Assembly (NCBI GenBank): GCA_964522055.1
Contig: CAZFUP010000003.1
Span: 1-45,496, forward strand
Source of the DNA: an uncultured Gammaproteobacteria bacterium
GTDB taxonomy: Bacteria; Patescibacteriota; Patescibacteriia; Patescibacteriales; UBA12465
Direction: 5' to 3'
DNA length: 45,496 bases
The notes beneath the pieces were generated by a model that did no database searches, was not told the DNA's origin, and saw only the letters and a list, made by a program, of their open reading frames with translations. Below are positions 18,374 to 27,610 of the stretch, piece by piece. A program made the translations under genes and the position numbers. Within the stretch, counting starts at the first letter, position 1. The number at the start of each line of letters is the position of its first letter.

Positions 18374-20350
18374 ATGACTGGAAACAAAAAAATAAAAAAA
18401 ATTCTCAGAGTTGATAAACAGGAATCTTCTAGTTTGTCTGCTTTTGTAGAAAGGCCAGTTCCTAGCGATCAAGAAGTTTCTAGTTTTGAAAAAGCAGTTG
18501 GGCATGAAGTTCGTAACCATGAAATTGATAGTAATCTTTCGGAAATATATAGCGATAAAAGAGGTGGTATAGTTGACGTAAAAAAGATGAAGGTAAAAAG
18601 GCGCCAATCTCTTATAATCAGATTTTTTAAAAAACTATCTTTACTTATCTTACTTCTAATTTTTTCCTATTTAGCTTATTCTTATTTTTTTGATAAAAGT
18701 GGCGACAGTAGTGCTCTCGAATTTAAGATTGAGGCTCCTGAAAAAACAATGATAGGAGAAGAATTTTCTTATCAAATAAAATATCATAATCCTAGTAAGA
18801 TTGTTTTAAGAAAAGTATATTTGGAAATGCAATATCCAGAAAATTTTATTATTACTAATTTTTCCACTCCACCGCAAAGCGGTAATTATGGCTGGAATTT
18901 AGACGAAATAAATTCTGGTGCTAACGGAACCCTAACTATTACCGGTAAGTTGATAAACAAACCAGAGTCAGTTAATGTTATTTCAGGTCGTTTAAGCTAT
19001 GTTCCGGCTAATTATTCAGCCCAATTTAAAAAAGAAGCCTCTGTTTCTACTGTATTGTCAGAATTAGGATTTAGAGCTGATTTAGAATATAGCCAAACAG
19101 CTTTTGTTGGTCAAGAAAATAGTATTAAATTAATATTGTCTGACTTAAAAGAAAATTTTCTTGGTGATTTTAATTTAAGTTTTTCTTTGCCAGAAGAGAC
19201 AAACATTTCAGTTGAGGAAACTGCTAGTAGTACTGACCAAAAGGGAATTATAATTTCAAAAAGCGGCGGGGTTAGCTGGCAAATTAGTAATTTAAATGTT
19301 GATTCTGGTAGACAGGAAATACCTCTTTTTTATAAGATAAATACTTTAGTTGATAATCCAGAGATAAAAATACGTTTAGAGAAAAAAATGGAAGATGGTC
19401 AGGCTTATACTTTTTGGGAAAAATCCTTTATTCCAGAACTTGTAAAAAGTGATTTAAATTTAACCATGGAAATAAACGATTCTAAAAATGATGGTGCTGT
19501 TAATTTTAACGATAAGCTAAATTATAGAATAAGTTATAGTAATCAAGGGAAAAACACTTTTAAAGATGCAGTTATTTTAGTTGCTTTGCAGGGTGATTTT
19601 TTTGATTTAAATTCTTTAAAAATGGATGTTAAAGGGGATGTGAACGGGCAGACTGTTATTTGGACTAAAGAAGATATTGAGGCTTTAGCTGAAATTAAGC
19701 CTGGACAAACAGGTGAAATTAATTTTTCTATTAAGATAAGTGATTTTAGTGAAAATGACCTAGGAAAAGAAATGGAACTTGTCTCCTATGCGCAATATGG
19801 AGTTAACAATCAGGGAACAAAAGGGGATGACAACAAAAGCAACACTGTTACTTTTAAAATAAATAGCGATTTAAACTTATCTGAATCAATTCGCTATTTT
19901 AATGAGGATAATTTACCGGTTGGCTCTGGTCCCTTGCCACCAAGAGTTGGTCAAGATACTTATTTTAAAGTTTATTGGACGGTAAAGAATAATTTACATG
20001 AATTAACTGATGCACGAGTAGTTTTAAATTTGCCAGCTAACGTAGAATGGGATGGGCGTAATTTTACAAACGTTGGTAATATTTTTTATGATAGCGCCAA
20101 TAGGCAAATGATTTGGAATATTGGTCGCCTGCCACTAGCAGTTTATAGAGCAGATGCTGAATTCGGTATCTATCTTCGTCCTTCTGAAAATGATGTTGAT
20201 AAGATATTAGTATTATCTCCTGGAGCAGTTATTACAGCTCATGATATAGAAACTAGTAATGTTATTACTAAAAAAACTGGCGTTAAAACTACTAAACTTG
20301 AAGATGACGATATTGCTAGCTTGAATAATTCTGGCCAGATACAACCATAA
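18374..20350 (+). CDS. Single-pass membrane protein with extracytoplasmic Ig-like/DUF11-like beta domains
   Basis: TM near aa 90-105, repeated Y.I.Y.N...W....I..G..G...F patterns, GPLPPRVGQDTYFKVYW. Confidence 0.65.
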   Translation: MTGNKKIKKILRVDKQESSSLSAFVERPVPSDQEVSSFEKAVGHEVRNHEIDSNLSEIYSDKRGGIVDVKKMKVKRRQSLIIRFFKKLSLLILLLIFSYLAYSYFFDKSGDSSALEFKIEAPEKTMIGEEFSYQIKYHNPSKIVLRKVYLEMQYPENFIITNFSTPPQSGNYGWNLDEINSGANGTLTITGKLINKPESVNVISGRLSYVPANYSAQFKKEASVSTVLSELGFRADLEYSQTAFVGQENSIKLILSDLKENFLGDFNLSFSLPEETNISVEETASSTDQKGIIISKSGGVSWQISNLNVDSGRQEIPLFYKINTLVDNPEIKIRLEKKMEDGQAYTFWEKSFIPELVKSDLNLTMEINDSKNDGAVNFNDKLNYRISYSNQGKNTFKDAVILVALQGDFFDLNSLKMDVKGDVNGQTVIWTKEDIEALAEIKPGQTGEINFSIKISDFSENDLGKEMELVSYAQYGVNNQGTKGDDNKSNTVTFKINSDLNLSESIRYFNEDNLPVGSGPLPPRVGQDTYFKVYWTVKNNLHELTDARVVLNLPANVEWDGRNFTNVGNIFYDSANRQMIWNIGRLPLAVYRADAEFGIYLRPSENDVDKILVLSPGAVITAHDIETSNVITKKTGVKTTKLEDDDIASLNNSGQIQP

Positions 20351-20353
20351 TTT

Positions 20354-21451
20354 ATGTTTACTCTTATAAAGACTAGAAAAAGGGGATTGCGTTTAGGTAT
20401 CCTTAAAACAGCTCATGGTTCACTTGAAACACCTTTTTACATGCCAGATGCAACGAGAGGATTTATTAAGTTGACAAGCAACGATGAAATAAGAAGAACT
20501 AATACATCTGCTTTAGTTGTTAATACTTTTCATTTATTTTTACAGCCAGGATTAGATATTATAAAAAAAGCTGGTGGCTTGCATAAATTTATGAATTGGT
20601 CTGGCCCACTTTTATCAGACTCCGGCGGTTTTCAGATATTTTCCTTAATACATAAAAACCCTAAGATGGGGAAGATAAACGAAGATGGTGCTGTTTTTAA
20701 ATCTCCTCTGGATGGATCAGTTCATGAAATAAGTCCAGAGAAATCAATTCAAATCCAATTTTCTTTAGGAGTTGATATGATGGTTTGTCTTGATGATTGT
20801 CCGCCTAATGAATTTTCTCGATCTGATCTGGAAAAAGCAGTAGAGAGAACAATTAAATGGGCAAAAAGATGTAAAGATGAATATAATCGTCAAATTAAAA
20901 AAAGAAAACTGCGTGGTCTTAAAAAACCTTTATTATTTGCAGTCATTCAAGGCGGGGCAGAAATTGATTTGCGTGAACGTTGTGCTCGTGAATTAGTTTC
21001 TATTGGTTTTGATGGTTATGGCTTTGGTGCTAGACCAGTTGATAAAAATGGTAAATTTTTAGATGAAGTATTAAAAAAAACAGCCAGCTATATTCCAGAG
21101 AAATCATTACGCTTTGCCCTGGGAATAGGAACACCAGAAGATATTAGGCGCTGCGCTTTAATGGGTTGGGATATGTTTGATTGTGTTATTCCTACCCGTG
21201 AGGGTAGACACGGCAAGCTTTTTAAATTATTAAAAAATTTCAAATATACTAATTTAAATATAAAAAATACTTCCTTTTCCCATAATTTTAGAGAGATTAA
21301 TAAAGAAAGCGCTATAAAAGAATTAAGCAATAATTCATTAGCCTATCTTCATCATTTATTTCGTCTTAATGAGCCTTTCGGACAAAAATTAGCTAGTTTA
21401 AATAATTTGGAGTTTTATCAGAAATTTTTAGCAAGAATTAGAAAGCTTTAA
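20354..21451 (+). CDS. tgt: tRNA-guanine transglycosylase (atypical, lacks Zn ligands)
   Basis: TPFYMP.AT, NTFHL, DSGGFQIFSL, LDDC, IQGG, LGIGTP, DMFDCVIPTR.GRHG, AYLHHL. Confidence 0.93.
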   Translation: MFTLIKTRKRGLRLGILKTAHGSLETPFYMPDATRGFIKLTSNDEIRRTNTSALVVNTFHLFLQPGLDIIKKAGGLHKFMNWSGPLLSDSGGFQIFSLIHKNPKMGKINEDGAVFKSPLDGSVHEISPEKSIQIQFSLGVDMMVCLDDCPPNEFSRSDLEKAVERTIKWAKRCKDEYNRQIKKRKLRGLKKPLLFAVIQGGAEIDLRERCARELVSIGFDGYGFGARPVDKNGKFLDEVLKKTASYIPEKSLRFALGIGTPEDIRRCALMGWDMFDCVIPTREGRHGKLFKLLKNFKYTNLNIKNTSFSHNFREINKESAIKELSNNSLAYLHHLFRLNEPFGQKLASLNNLEFYQKFLARIRKL

Positions 21452-21491
21452 TCAGATTAATTTATAAGAATAATAATTAAAATTAAATAAA

Positions 21492-22496
21492 ATGAATATT
21501 GAAAAATTATCAGCCATCTTGCAACTGGAACCAAGGTATCGCTTTACACAGGTAAATAAGGCTTTATGGCAAGACCATATTTCTTCTTGGCAAGAAGCTT
21601 CGGCCCTGCCACAAAAGTTAAGAGAAGAGCTGGAGAACAATTGCCCCTTAGAAATAAAAGCAGAACTGGAAGAGAATGGCGGTCGAAATAAAAGTGTTAA
21701 AGCTTTAATTGTTTTAGAAGATGGGGAAAAAATAGAAACGGTTTTAATAAGGCAGGATAAAAAGAGAAACACAGTTTGTCTGTCTTCACAAGTTGGTTGT
21801 CCTTTAGCTTGTGAGTTTTGTGCAACTGGTCATCTTGGCTTTCGTCGTAATTTAAGTTCTAATGAGATGATAGAGCAACTTGTTTTTTGGCAGAGGTATT
21901 TGAAAGCGGAAAAGAAAGATGAAAAAGTTGATAATATAGTTTTTATGGGTATGGGCGAACCGTTTTTAAATTATCCTGAGTTTATAAAAACAGTAAAGTT
22001 TTTTAATAATCCAGAAACTTTAAATATTGGCTCTCGCCGGATTTCGGTATCTACTGCCGGCATTATAGAAGGGATAAAAAGACTATCTGGAGAAAAATTA
22101 CAAATTAATTTAGCCATTTCTTTGCATGCAGCCAGTGATGAGAAAAGACGCGATTTAATGCCGATCGCCCTTAAATATAGTCTTTATGACCTTTTTCGAG
22201 CAGTTGATAATTATATTACTAAAACTGGTCGGCGAGTCATGTTTGAATATCTAATGTTAAAGGGGGTAAATGATAGTGATCAGGATGCTTTGGAATTAGC
22301 CAAGTTAATGGCTAAGCCACTTTATATGTTAAATCTTATTCCTTATAATCCTACTGGTCGTTTTCAGGCATCAAGTCGAGAAAGAATAGATAAGTTTAAA
22401 AAAATATTAGAAGATAAGAACATCCCAGTAACTGTTCGTTTAAGTTTTGGCGGAGAAATAAAAGCTGCTTGTGGGCAACTGCGCGGATCGAAATAA
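21492..22496 (+). CDS. rlmN: Radical SAM 23S rRNA m2A2503 / tRNA A37 methyltransferase
   Basis: IETV, CLSSQVGCPLACEFCATG, MGMGEP, SLHA, FEY, NLIPYN, AACGQL. Confidence 0.96.
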   Translation: MNIEKLSAILQLEPRYRFTQVNKALWQDHISSWQEASALPQKLREELENNCPLEIKAELEENGGRNKSVKALIVLEDGEKIETVLIRQDKKRNTVCLSSQVGCPLACEFCATGHLGFRRNLSSNEMIEQLVFWQRYLKAEKKDEKVDNIVFMGMGEPFLNYPEFIKTVKFFNNPETLNIGSRRISVSTAGIIEGIKRLSGEKLQINLAISLHAASDEKRRDLMPIALKYSLYDLFRAVDNYITKTGRRVMFEYLMLKGVNDSDQDALELAKLMAKPLYMLNLIPYNPTGRFQASSRERIDKFKKILEDKNIPVTVRLSFGGEIKAACGQLRGSK

Positions 22497-22499
22497 ATT

Positions 22500-23081
22500 A
22501 TGTTTAGGGTTGTAAAAAGGACTATAAAACTAGAAAATGGTGATTTAGATTATTTTTTGCGTTTTAGTTTTAGGACTAAAAATATAAGAATAACTATTAA
22601 ACCTGATTCTTCAATTGTCGTAAGTCAGCCATTTTTATTGAGCGAATCAAGAACAGAAAAATTTATTCGTCTTCAGGAAAAATGGATTGTGGAAAAAATT
22701 GAAAAAATAAAAAATAATCCACCTATTTTAACTTCAGGTTTAGACAAATTAACTAAAAAAGATTATTTATTAGAAAAAGAAAAGGTCTTAAATTTAGTAT
22801 TAAGGAGGTTGGAGTATTTTAATAAATTTTATAACCTTTCTTTTTCTAAAGTTTCTATTCGTAATCAAAAGACTCGTTGGGGAAGTTGTTCTGGCAGGGG
22901 GACGCTAAATTTTAACTTTCGTATTTATCATTTAGAACCAGCTTTGCAAGATTATATTATTATCCATGAACTTTGCCATTTAAAAGAGCTAAACCATTCA
23001 TCTCGTTTTTGGGGTTTAGTTGCTTTAAAGGCGCCAAACTATAAAGAACTTAGAAAAAAATTAAAGAAAGGAAATTATTAA
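22500..23081 (+). CDS. YgjP/DUF45 family zinc metallopeptidase-like protein
   Basis: RNQKTRWGSCS, DYIIIHELCHLKELNHS..FW. Confidence 0.88.
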   Translation: MFRVVKRTIKLENGDLDYFLRFSFRTKNIRITIKPDSSIVVSQPFLLSESRTEKFIRLQEKWIVEKIEKIKNNPPILTSGLDKLTKKDYLLEKEKVLNLVLRRLEYFNKFYNLSFSKVSIRNQKTRWGSCSGRGTLNFNFRIYHLEPALQDYIIIHELCHLKELNHSSRFWGLVALKAPNYKELRKKLKKGNY

Positions 23082-23096
23082 AATAAATATAAATCT

Positions 23097-23687
23097 ATGT
23101 TTACACTAAAACCATTACCTTTTGAAAAAAATGCTTTAGAACCTTATATTTCTGCTAAAACTTTAGATTTTCATTACAATAAGCATCATCAAACTTATGT
23201 AGATAATCTAAATAAGCTTATTGCTGGCAGTGAATTAGAAAATAAGACTCTAGAAGAAATGATAAAGAAAACTGCTGATAATAAAGAGCAAATAGCTATT
23301 TTTAATAATGCTGCTCAAGTATATAATCATGATTTTTTTTGGCGTAGCTTAAAGGAATCATCAAAGGAGATGATGATAGGAGAAAAAACTAAAAAGATGA
23401 TAGATGGTTCTTTTGGTAGTTTGGAAAATTTCTTTTCCGAATTTAAAGCAGCTGCTTTAGGGCAATTTGGTAGTGGTTGGGCTTGGCTGGTAAAAGATGA
23501 ATCTTCTTTAAAGATTTTGAAGACAGCTAATGCTCAGAATCCTTTAACGGAAGGAGTATTACCTCTATTTGTTATAGATGTTTGGGAACATGCTTATTAT
23601 TTAGATTATCAAAATCGTCGGGCTGATTTTATTGAAGCTGTTTTGCGAAATTTAGTTAATTGGGATTTTATTGAATTAAATATTTAA
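23097..23687 (+). CDS. sodB: Superoxide dismutase, Fe-type
   Basis: LEPYIS, HYNKHHQTYV, NNAAQVYNH (Fe-type Gln), FGSGWAWL, DVWEHAYY. Confidence 0.95.
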   Translation: MFTLKPLPFEKNALEPYISAKTLDFHYNKHHQTYVDNLNKLIAGSELENKTLEEMIKKTADNKEQIAIFNNAAQVYNHDFFWRSLKESSKEMMIGEKTKKMIDGSFGSLENFFSEFKAAALGQFGSGWAWLVKDESSLKILKTANAQNPLTEGVLPLFVIDVWEHAYYLDYQNRRADFIEAVLRNLVNWDFIELNI

Positions 23688-23692
23688 AAATT

Positions 23693-24364
23693 ATGTATCA
23701 GAGTCCTTACGCCAAAATAAAGCCAAAAACAAAAAAACCTTATACAGAAATTTTTTTAATTAGACATTGCCACCCTGATTATAATAAGGCTAAGGTTTTA
23801 GGAGAGGCAAATATGCCTTTATCTAAACATGGCATAAGACAAAGAACTTATTTGACTAAAAAGCTTGTTAGTTTAGAAATTGATAAAGATTATTCAAGTG
23901 AGCTTAAAAGAGCGCAAGAAAGCGCCGCTTTATATATAAAAAAAGTAAATAGGCAGCTTTTTATTGATGCTCGTTTAAATGAGATAAATTGGGCACACTG
24001 GGTGAGAGTAAAATATTTTAACACTACCGAAGAATCAAGAAAAAAGAAGATGGCAAATCATAAAGAAGTAGATAGGCAACTTGATAGAATGCAAACTATA
24101 GCTCGGCGCACTTTAGCTGATATTTATCGAAAAAATAAGGGAAAGAAAATAGCCTTATTTTCTCATGGTAATTTTATTAGAGCTTTAATTACTGGTATTT
24201 TAAATGCTGACGTTATTGGGTTTTTGTCTTTAGAAATATTTCAATCTTCAATAAGTAAATTAGTAATTGATAGGGATGGATATGTAAAAATTTCTTATAT
24301 TAACGATATTAGCCATTTGCCAGCTCCGCCACACGAGGATTTATTCTCAACTTTAGTGGATTAA
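23693..24364 (+). CDS. Histidine phosphatase (phosphoglycerate mutase-like) family protein
   Basis: LIRHC (RHG variant), PLS..G..Q, SS.LKRA, LNEI, SHG, IND.SHL. Confidence 0.85.
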   Translation: MYQSPYAKIKPKTKKPYTEIFLIRHCHPDYNKAKVLGEANMPLSKHGIRQRTYLTKKLVSLEIDKDYSSELKRAQESAALYIKKVNRQLFIDARLNEINWAHWVRVKYFNTTEESRKKKMANHKEVDRQLDRMQTIARRTLADIYRKNKGKKIALFSHGNFIRALITGILNADVIGFLSLEIFQSSISKLVIDRDGYVKISYINDISHLPAPPHEDLFSTLVD

Positions 24365-24374
24365 TTTTTTAGAA

Positions 24375-25868
24375 ATGAAATTTGTTTTACAAAAAAAAAT
24401 ATTTCTATTTTCTTTAAGTCTTTTTTTATCATTTGGCTTTTTCTTTTTTGTTGTTAAAACAACTCAGGCCGCGTCTGATTTACGTGGTCGCATTCTTCTA
24501 CAAGTTGAAGAACAGGGAAGAGCTTGGTATGTCTATCCGCCGAGTAATAAGAGATTTTATTTAGGCCGGCCAGAGGATGCTTTCAATTTAATGCGTTCCT
24601 TGGGTTTAGGGGCCAGCAATAAAGATATAAATAATTTTCTTTCAAATGGTGCTCCAGCAAGGCTTAAAGGATTTATCTTGTTACAAGTTGAAGATAAGGG
24701 ACAGGCCTATTATGTAGATCCCTTAGATTTAAAATTATATTATCTTAGCCGCCCTAAAGATGCTTTTAATTTGATGCACACCAAGGCATTGGGAATAAAG
24801 AATACTGATTTGTATTTAATAGAGGAGGCAATTTTAAATATTGAAAAAACAGATAACTTAGAAAATGCTAGTAATTATTGGCAAAAATTTTCTTTTAAAT
24901 ATAAAAATGAAAATTATGAGTTAATTCAAAGTTTTTCTGATGAGCTTTATAATTCCTATAAAAATTCTCCTAAAATCTATACTTATTATAGTAGCAATCC
25001 TCCAACTGATCTGCGAGATGCTTTTTATTCTTTATTTTTTTCTTTTAAGAAAGAAGATTATTTAATAAAAGAATTAGTTGCTAATTTACGAAAATTAGCA
25101 GTTGAAAAGAATTTTACAGAAGATGAATTTTTGGAATTTAGCTTAGCTTTAGTCCAATATATTCCGTATGCTAATGATAAGGTTGTAGACAGCTCTTTGA
25201 CAAACAACAATCCTTATTTTCCATACGAAACCTTGTATTTAAATAAAGGTGTTTGTTCTGATAAGACTTTTTTAGGAGTAGCTATACTACGAGAACTTGG
25301 ATATGGTGCAGCTATTTTAGATTTTCCAGAGATAAACCATAGCGCCTTAGGGCTTGCTTGTCTAAAAGAACAATCTTTTAATTTTTCTGGTTATTGTTAT
25401 GTTGAAATGACAAATTATTTTCCACCAGGTATAGTTCCTCAAACCATTTCTGGTGGACAAGCTCAATCTAATAATAGTATTGGTGATTATTTTTCTGGTC
25501 AAAAGTTGGGTAAGATGGAAATTTATCAAAAGAGTTCCGGTAAATTTTATCAAGGAATACCCGCCTTGATTAACAAGATAAATCTTTTGCAAACGTCTTA
25601 TCAAAATCTAAAAACAAAAGAAAGTATAGTTTCTAACCTAGAAGGTGTTTTATCTCAAAAGGAAGAGGAATTGGCTTTAGTCAAAAAAGATTTAGATTAT
25701 TATTATAGTGTAGGCTCTACTAGAGAGTACAATGAATTAGCGCTTGAATACAATATTTTAGCTGATGAATATAATAGTATTTTGGTAGATTATAAAAGTA
25801 ATATTGAAAATTATAATCTTTTAGTACAGACTTTTAATTCTTTATCAAAAGAGCTGTATCAAAGGTAA
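24375..25868 (+). CDS. Secreted protein: two N-terminal ~61-aa repeats, transglutaminase-like Cys domain, C-terminal coiled coil
   Basis: Signal peptide; two copies of LxGxILLQVExxGxAxYVxP...YLxRPxDAFNLM; PYETL..KGVCSDK...H.ALG...YVE; heptad-rich tail. Confidence 0.7.
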   Translation: MKFVLQKKIFLFSLSLFLSFGFFFFVVKTTQAASDLRGRILLQVEEQGRAWYVYPPSNKRFYLGRPEDAFNLMRSLGLGASNKDINNFLSNGAPARLKGFILLQVEDKGQAYYVDPLDLKLYYLSRPKDAFNLMHTKALGIKNTDLYLIEEAILNIEKTDNLENASNYWQKFSFKYKNENYELIQSFSDELYNSYKNSPKIYTYYSSNPPTDLRDAFYSLFFSFKKEDYLIKELVANLRKLAVEKNFTEDEFLEFSLALVQYIPYANDKVVDSSLTNNNPYFPYETLYLNKGVCSDKTFLGVAILRELGYGAAILDFPEINHSALGLACLKEQSFNFSGYCYVEMTNYFPPGIVPQTISGGQAQSNNSIGDYFSGQKLGKMEIYQKSSGKFYQGIPALINKINLLQTSYQNLKTKESIVSNLEGVLSQKEEELALVKKDLDYYYSVGSTREYNELALEYNILADEYNSILVDYKSNIENYNLLVQTFNSLSKELYQR

Positions 25869-25876
25869 TTTTAAGC

Positions 25877-25905
25877 TTGACAAGAAAGCTTTTTTGCCCT
25901 ATCTT
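25877..25905 (+). promoter_or_regulatory. Sigma70-type promoter of rpsB-tsf
   Basis: TTGACA (25877-25882), 17 bp, TATCTT (25900-25905). Confidence 0.7.
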
Positions 25906-25912
25906 TAAAGAC

Positions 25913-26031
25913 AGAGCTTTGCCTTTATAGGCAAGCTATTGTTATTTATTAAATAATCATGCTCCTTTTTAATTTCTTGTGTAATATTACTTAAATATTA
26001 CATAACGGAGCAGTAGTAAAAAAGAAAAAAT
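25913..26031 (+). promoter_or_regulatory. Structured rpsB 5' leader (candidate S2 autoregulatory element)
   Basis: Hairpin AGCTTtGCCT-ttat-AGGCAAGCT, then a long stem TGCTCC...TGTAATATT-actta-AATATTACA...GGAGCA. Confidence 0.5.
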
Positions 26032-26745
26032 ATGATAAAAATTCCACAACTAGAAGACATGTTAAAAGCCGGCATGCACTTCGGCCATCGTACTAATCGT
26101 TGGCATCCAAAAATGAAGAAATTTATTTTTACTTCAAAAAACGGTATTTATATTATTGACTTAAAAAAAACACAAGAGCAAATGCAAGCTGCTTTAGAGT
26201 TTATGTCTAAGTTGGTAAGTGAAGGAAAGAGTATTCTTTTTGTTGGTACTAAGAGTCAAGTTTCTGAGCCTTTAAAGAAAATGGCTCAAGAAATTTCTCA
26301 GCCATATATTGTTGGTAAATGGTTAGGTGGTTATTTAACCAATTTTGCTATGGTTAAAAAATCAGTTAAAAAATATCTTGATTTAATTGAGAAGAAAGAA
26401 ACAGGTAAATTAGAAAAATACACCAAAAAAGAAAGATTAGATTTTGATAGAGAAATAAAAAAACTAGAAATGCGTGTAGGTGGTCTTACTTCTTTAAATA
26501 AACTCCCAGATGCTTTATTTGTTTGGGATATTAAGGAAGAGGAAACATCTATTAAGGAAGCACAACAAAAAAATATTCCAATAATCGCTGTTTGCGATAC
26601 AAATGTTAATCCAGATGAAGTTACTTATCCAATTCCTGCTAACGATGATTCAACTAAGACTATTAAAGTTATTTTAGCATCTATTAGAGAAAATCTTCTT
26701 GCTAGTCGCCAGAATTCAAAAATTCAATCTGGGGAAAACAAATAA
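26032..26745 (+). CDS. rpsB: 30S ribosomal protein S2
   Basis: LKAGMHFGH...WHPKM, IIDL, FVGTK, WLGG.LTNF, DTNVNPD, IPANDDS. Confidence 0.98.
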   Translation: MIKIPQLEDMLKAGMHFGHRTNRWHPKMKKFIFTSKNGIYIIDLKKTQEQMQAALEFMSKLVSEGKSILFVGTKSQVSEPLKKMAQEISQPYIVGKWLGGYLTNFAMVKKSVKKYLDLIEKKETGKLEKYTKKERLDFDREIKKLEMRVGGLTSLNKLPDALFVWDIKEEETSIKEAQQKNIPIIAVCDTNVNPDEVTYPIPANDDSTKTIKVILASIRENLLASRQNSKIQSGENK

Positions 26746-26769
26746 GTTCAATAATTAATCTTTAATAAT

Positions 26770-27567
26770 ATGGAATTAATAAAACAACTTCGTGAAATCA
26801 CTGGCGCAGGCATGGTTGATTGTCAAAAGGCCCTAAAGGAAACTAACAATGATTTAAATTTAGCAGTTGATCTTTTGCGTAAAAAAGGAATTGCTAAGGC
26901 TGCTAAAAGAACCGATAGAGACGCTAGTGAAGGTGTTATAAAAGTAGCAACAAATAACGAAAAGACTGAAGCTTATATCATAGAACTTAATTCTGAAACT
27001 GACTTTGTGGCTCGTAATGAAAAATTTCAAGCTTTTGCTGATTCTATTTTAGAAGTAGTTAAAACAAAAAAACCAGCTAATTTAGAAGATCTTTTATCTT
27101 CTCAGTTAACAGTTGGAACCGTTTCTGAAGATTTAGGTAGTTTATCAGGAACTATAGGTGAAAAGATGAGTCTTAATCGCTTTGCCGTAATAGAGGGTCA
27201 AACTGTAGCTGCTTATTCTCATTTAGGCGGTAAAATTGGAGTTTTAGTTGCTTTAGATAAACCAGGTCAAGAAGAATTGGCAATTGATTTAGCAATGCAG
27301 GTAGCCGCTTCTAACCCTAAGTATTTAATGCCAGCCGATGTTAATCCTGAAGAATTAAATAAAGAGAAAGAAATTTATAAAGAGCAACTACTAAAAGAAG
27401 GAAAACCAGAAGCAATGATAGAAAAGATTTTAGAGGGCAAAGCAGCTAAATATTACAGTGAAGTTTGTTTGGTTGAACAGGAGTATATAAAAGATGATAA
27501 GAAAAAAGTTAAGGATATCCTTGGCGGAGTAAATATTCTCAAATTTATTCGTTATTCTCTTCAATAA
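26770..27567 (+). CDS. tsf: Elongation factor Ts
   Basis: IKQLREITGAGMVDCQKAL, ELNSETDFVARN, AMQVAA..P. Confidence 0.98.
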   Translation: MELIKQLREITGAGMVDCQKALKETNNDLNLAVDLLRKKGIAKAAKRTDRDASEGVIKVATNNEKTEAYIIELNSETDFVARNEKFQAFADSILEVVKTKKPANLEDLLSSQLTVGTVSEDLGSLSGTIGEKMSLNRFAVIEGQTVAAYSHLGGKIGVLVALDKPGQEELAIDLAMQVAASNPKYLMPADVNPEELNKEKEIYKEQLLKEGKPEAMIEKILEGKAAKYYSEVCLVEQEYIKDDKKKVKDILGGVNILKFIRYSLQ

Positions 27568-27577
27568 AAACAATATT

Positions 27578-27601
27578 TAAGCCGAAAGAAATTTCGGCTT
27601 A
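27578..27601 (+). terminator. GAAA-tetraloop hairpin after tsf (weak terminator or processing site)
   Basis: TAAGCCGAAA-gaaa-TTTCGGCTTA, poor U-tract, 9 nt before the ricT ATG. Confidence 0.5.
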
Positions 27602-27610
27602 TTGTTATCT

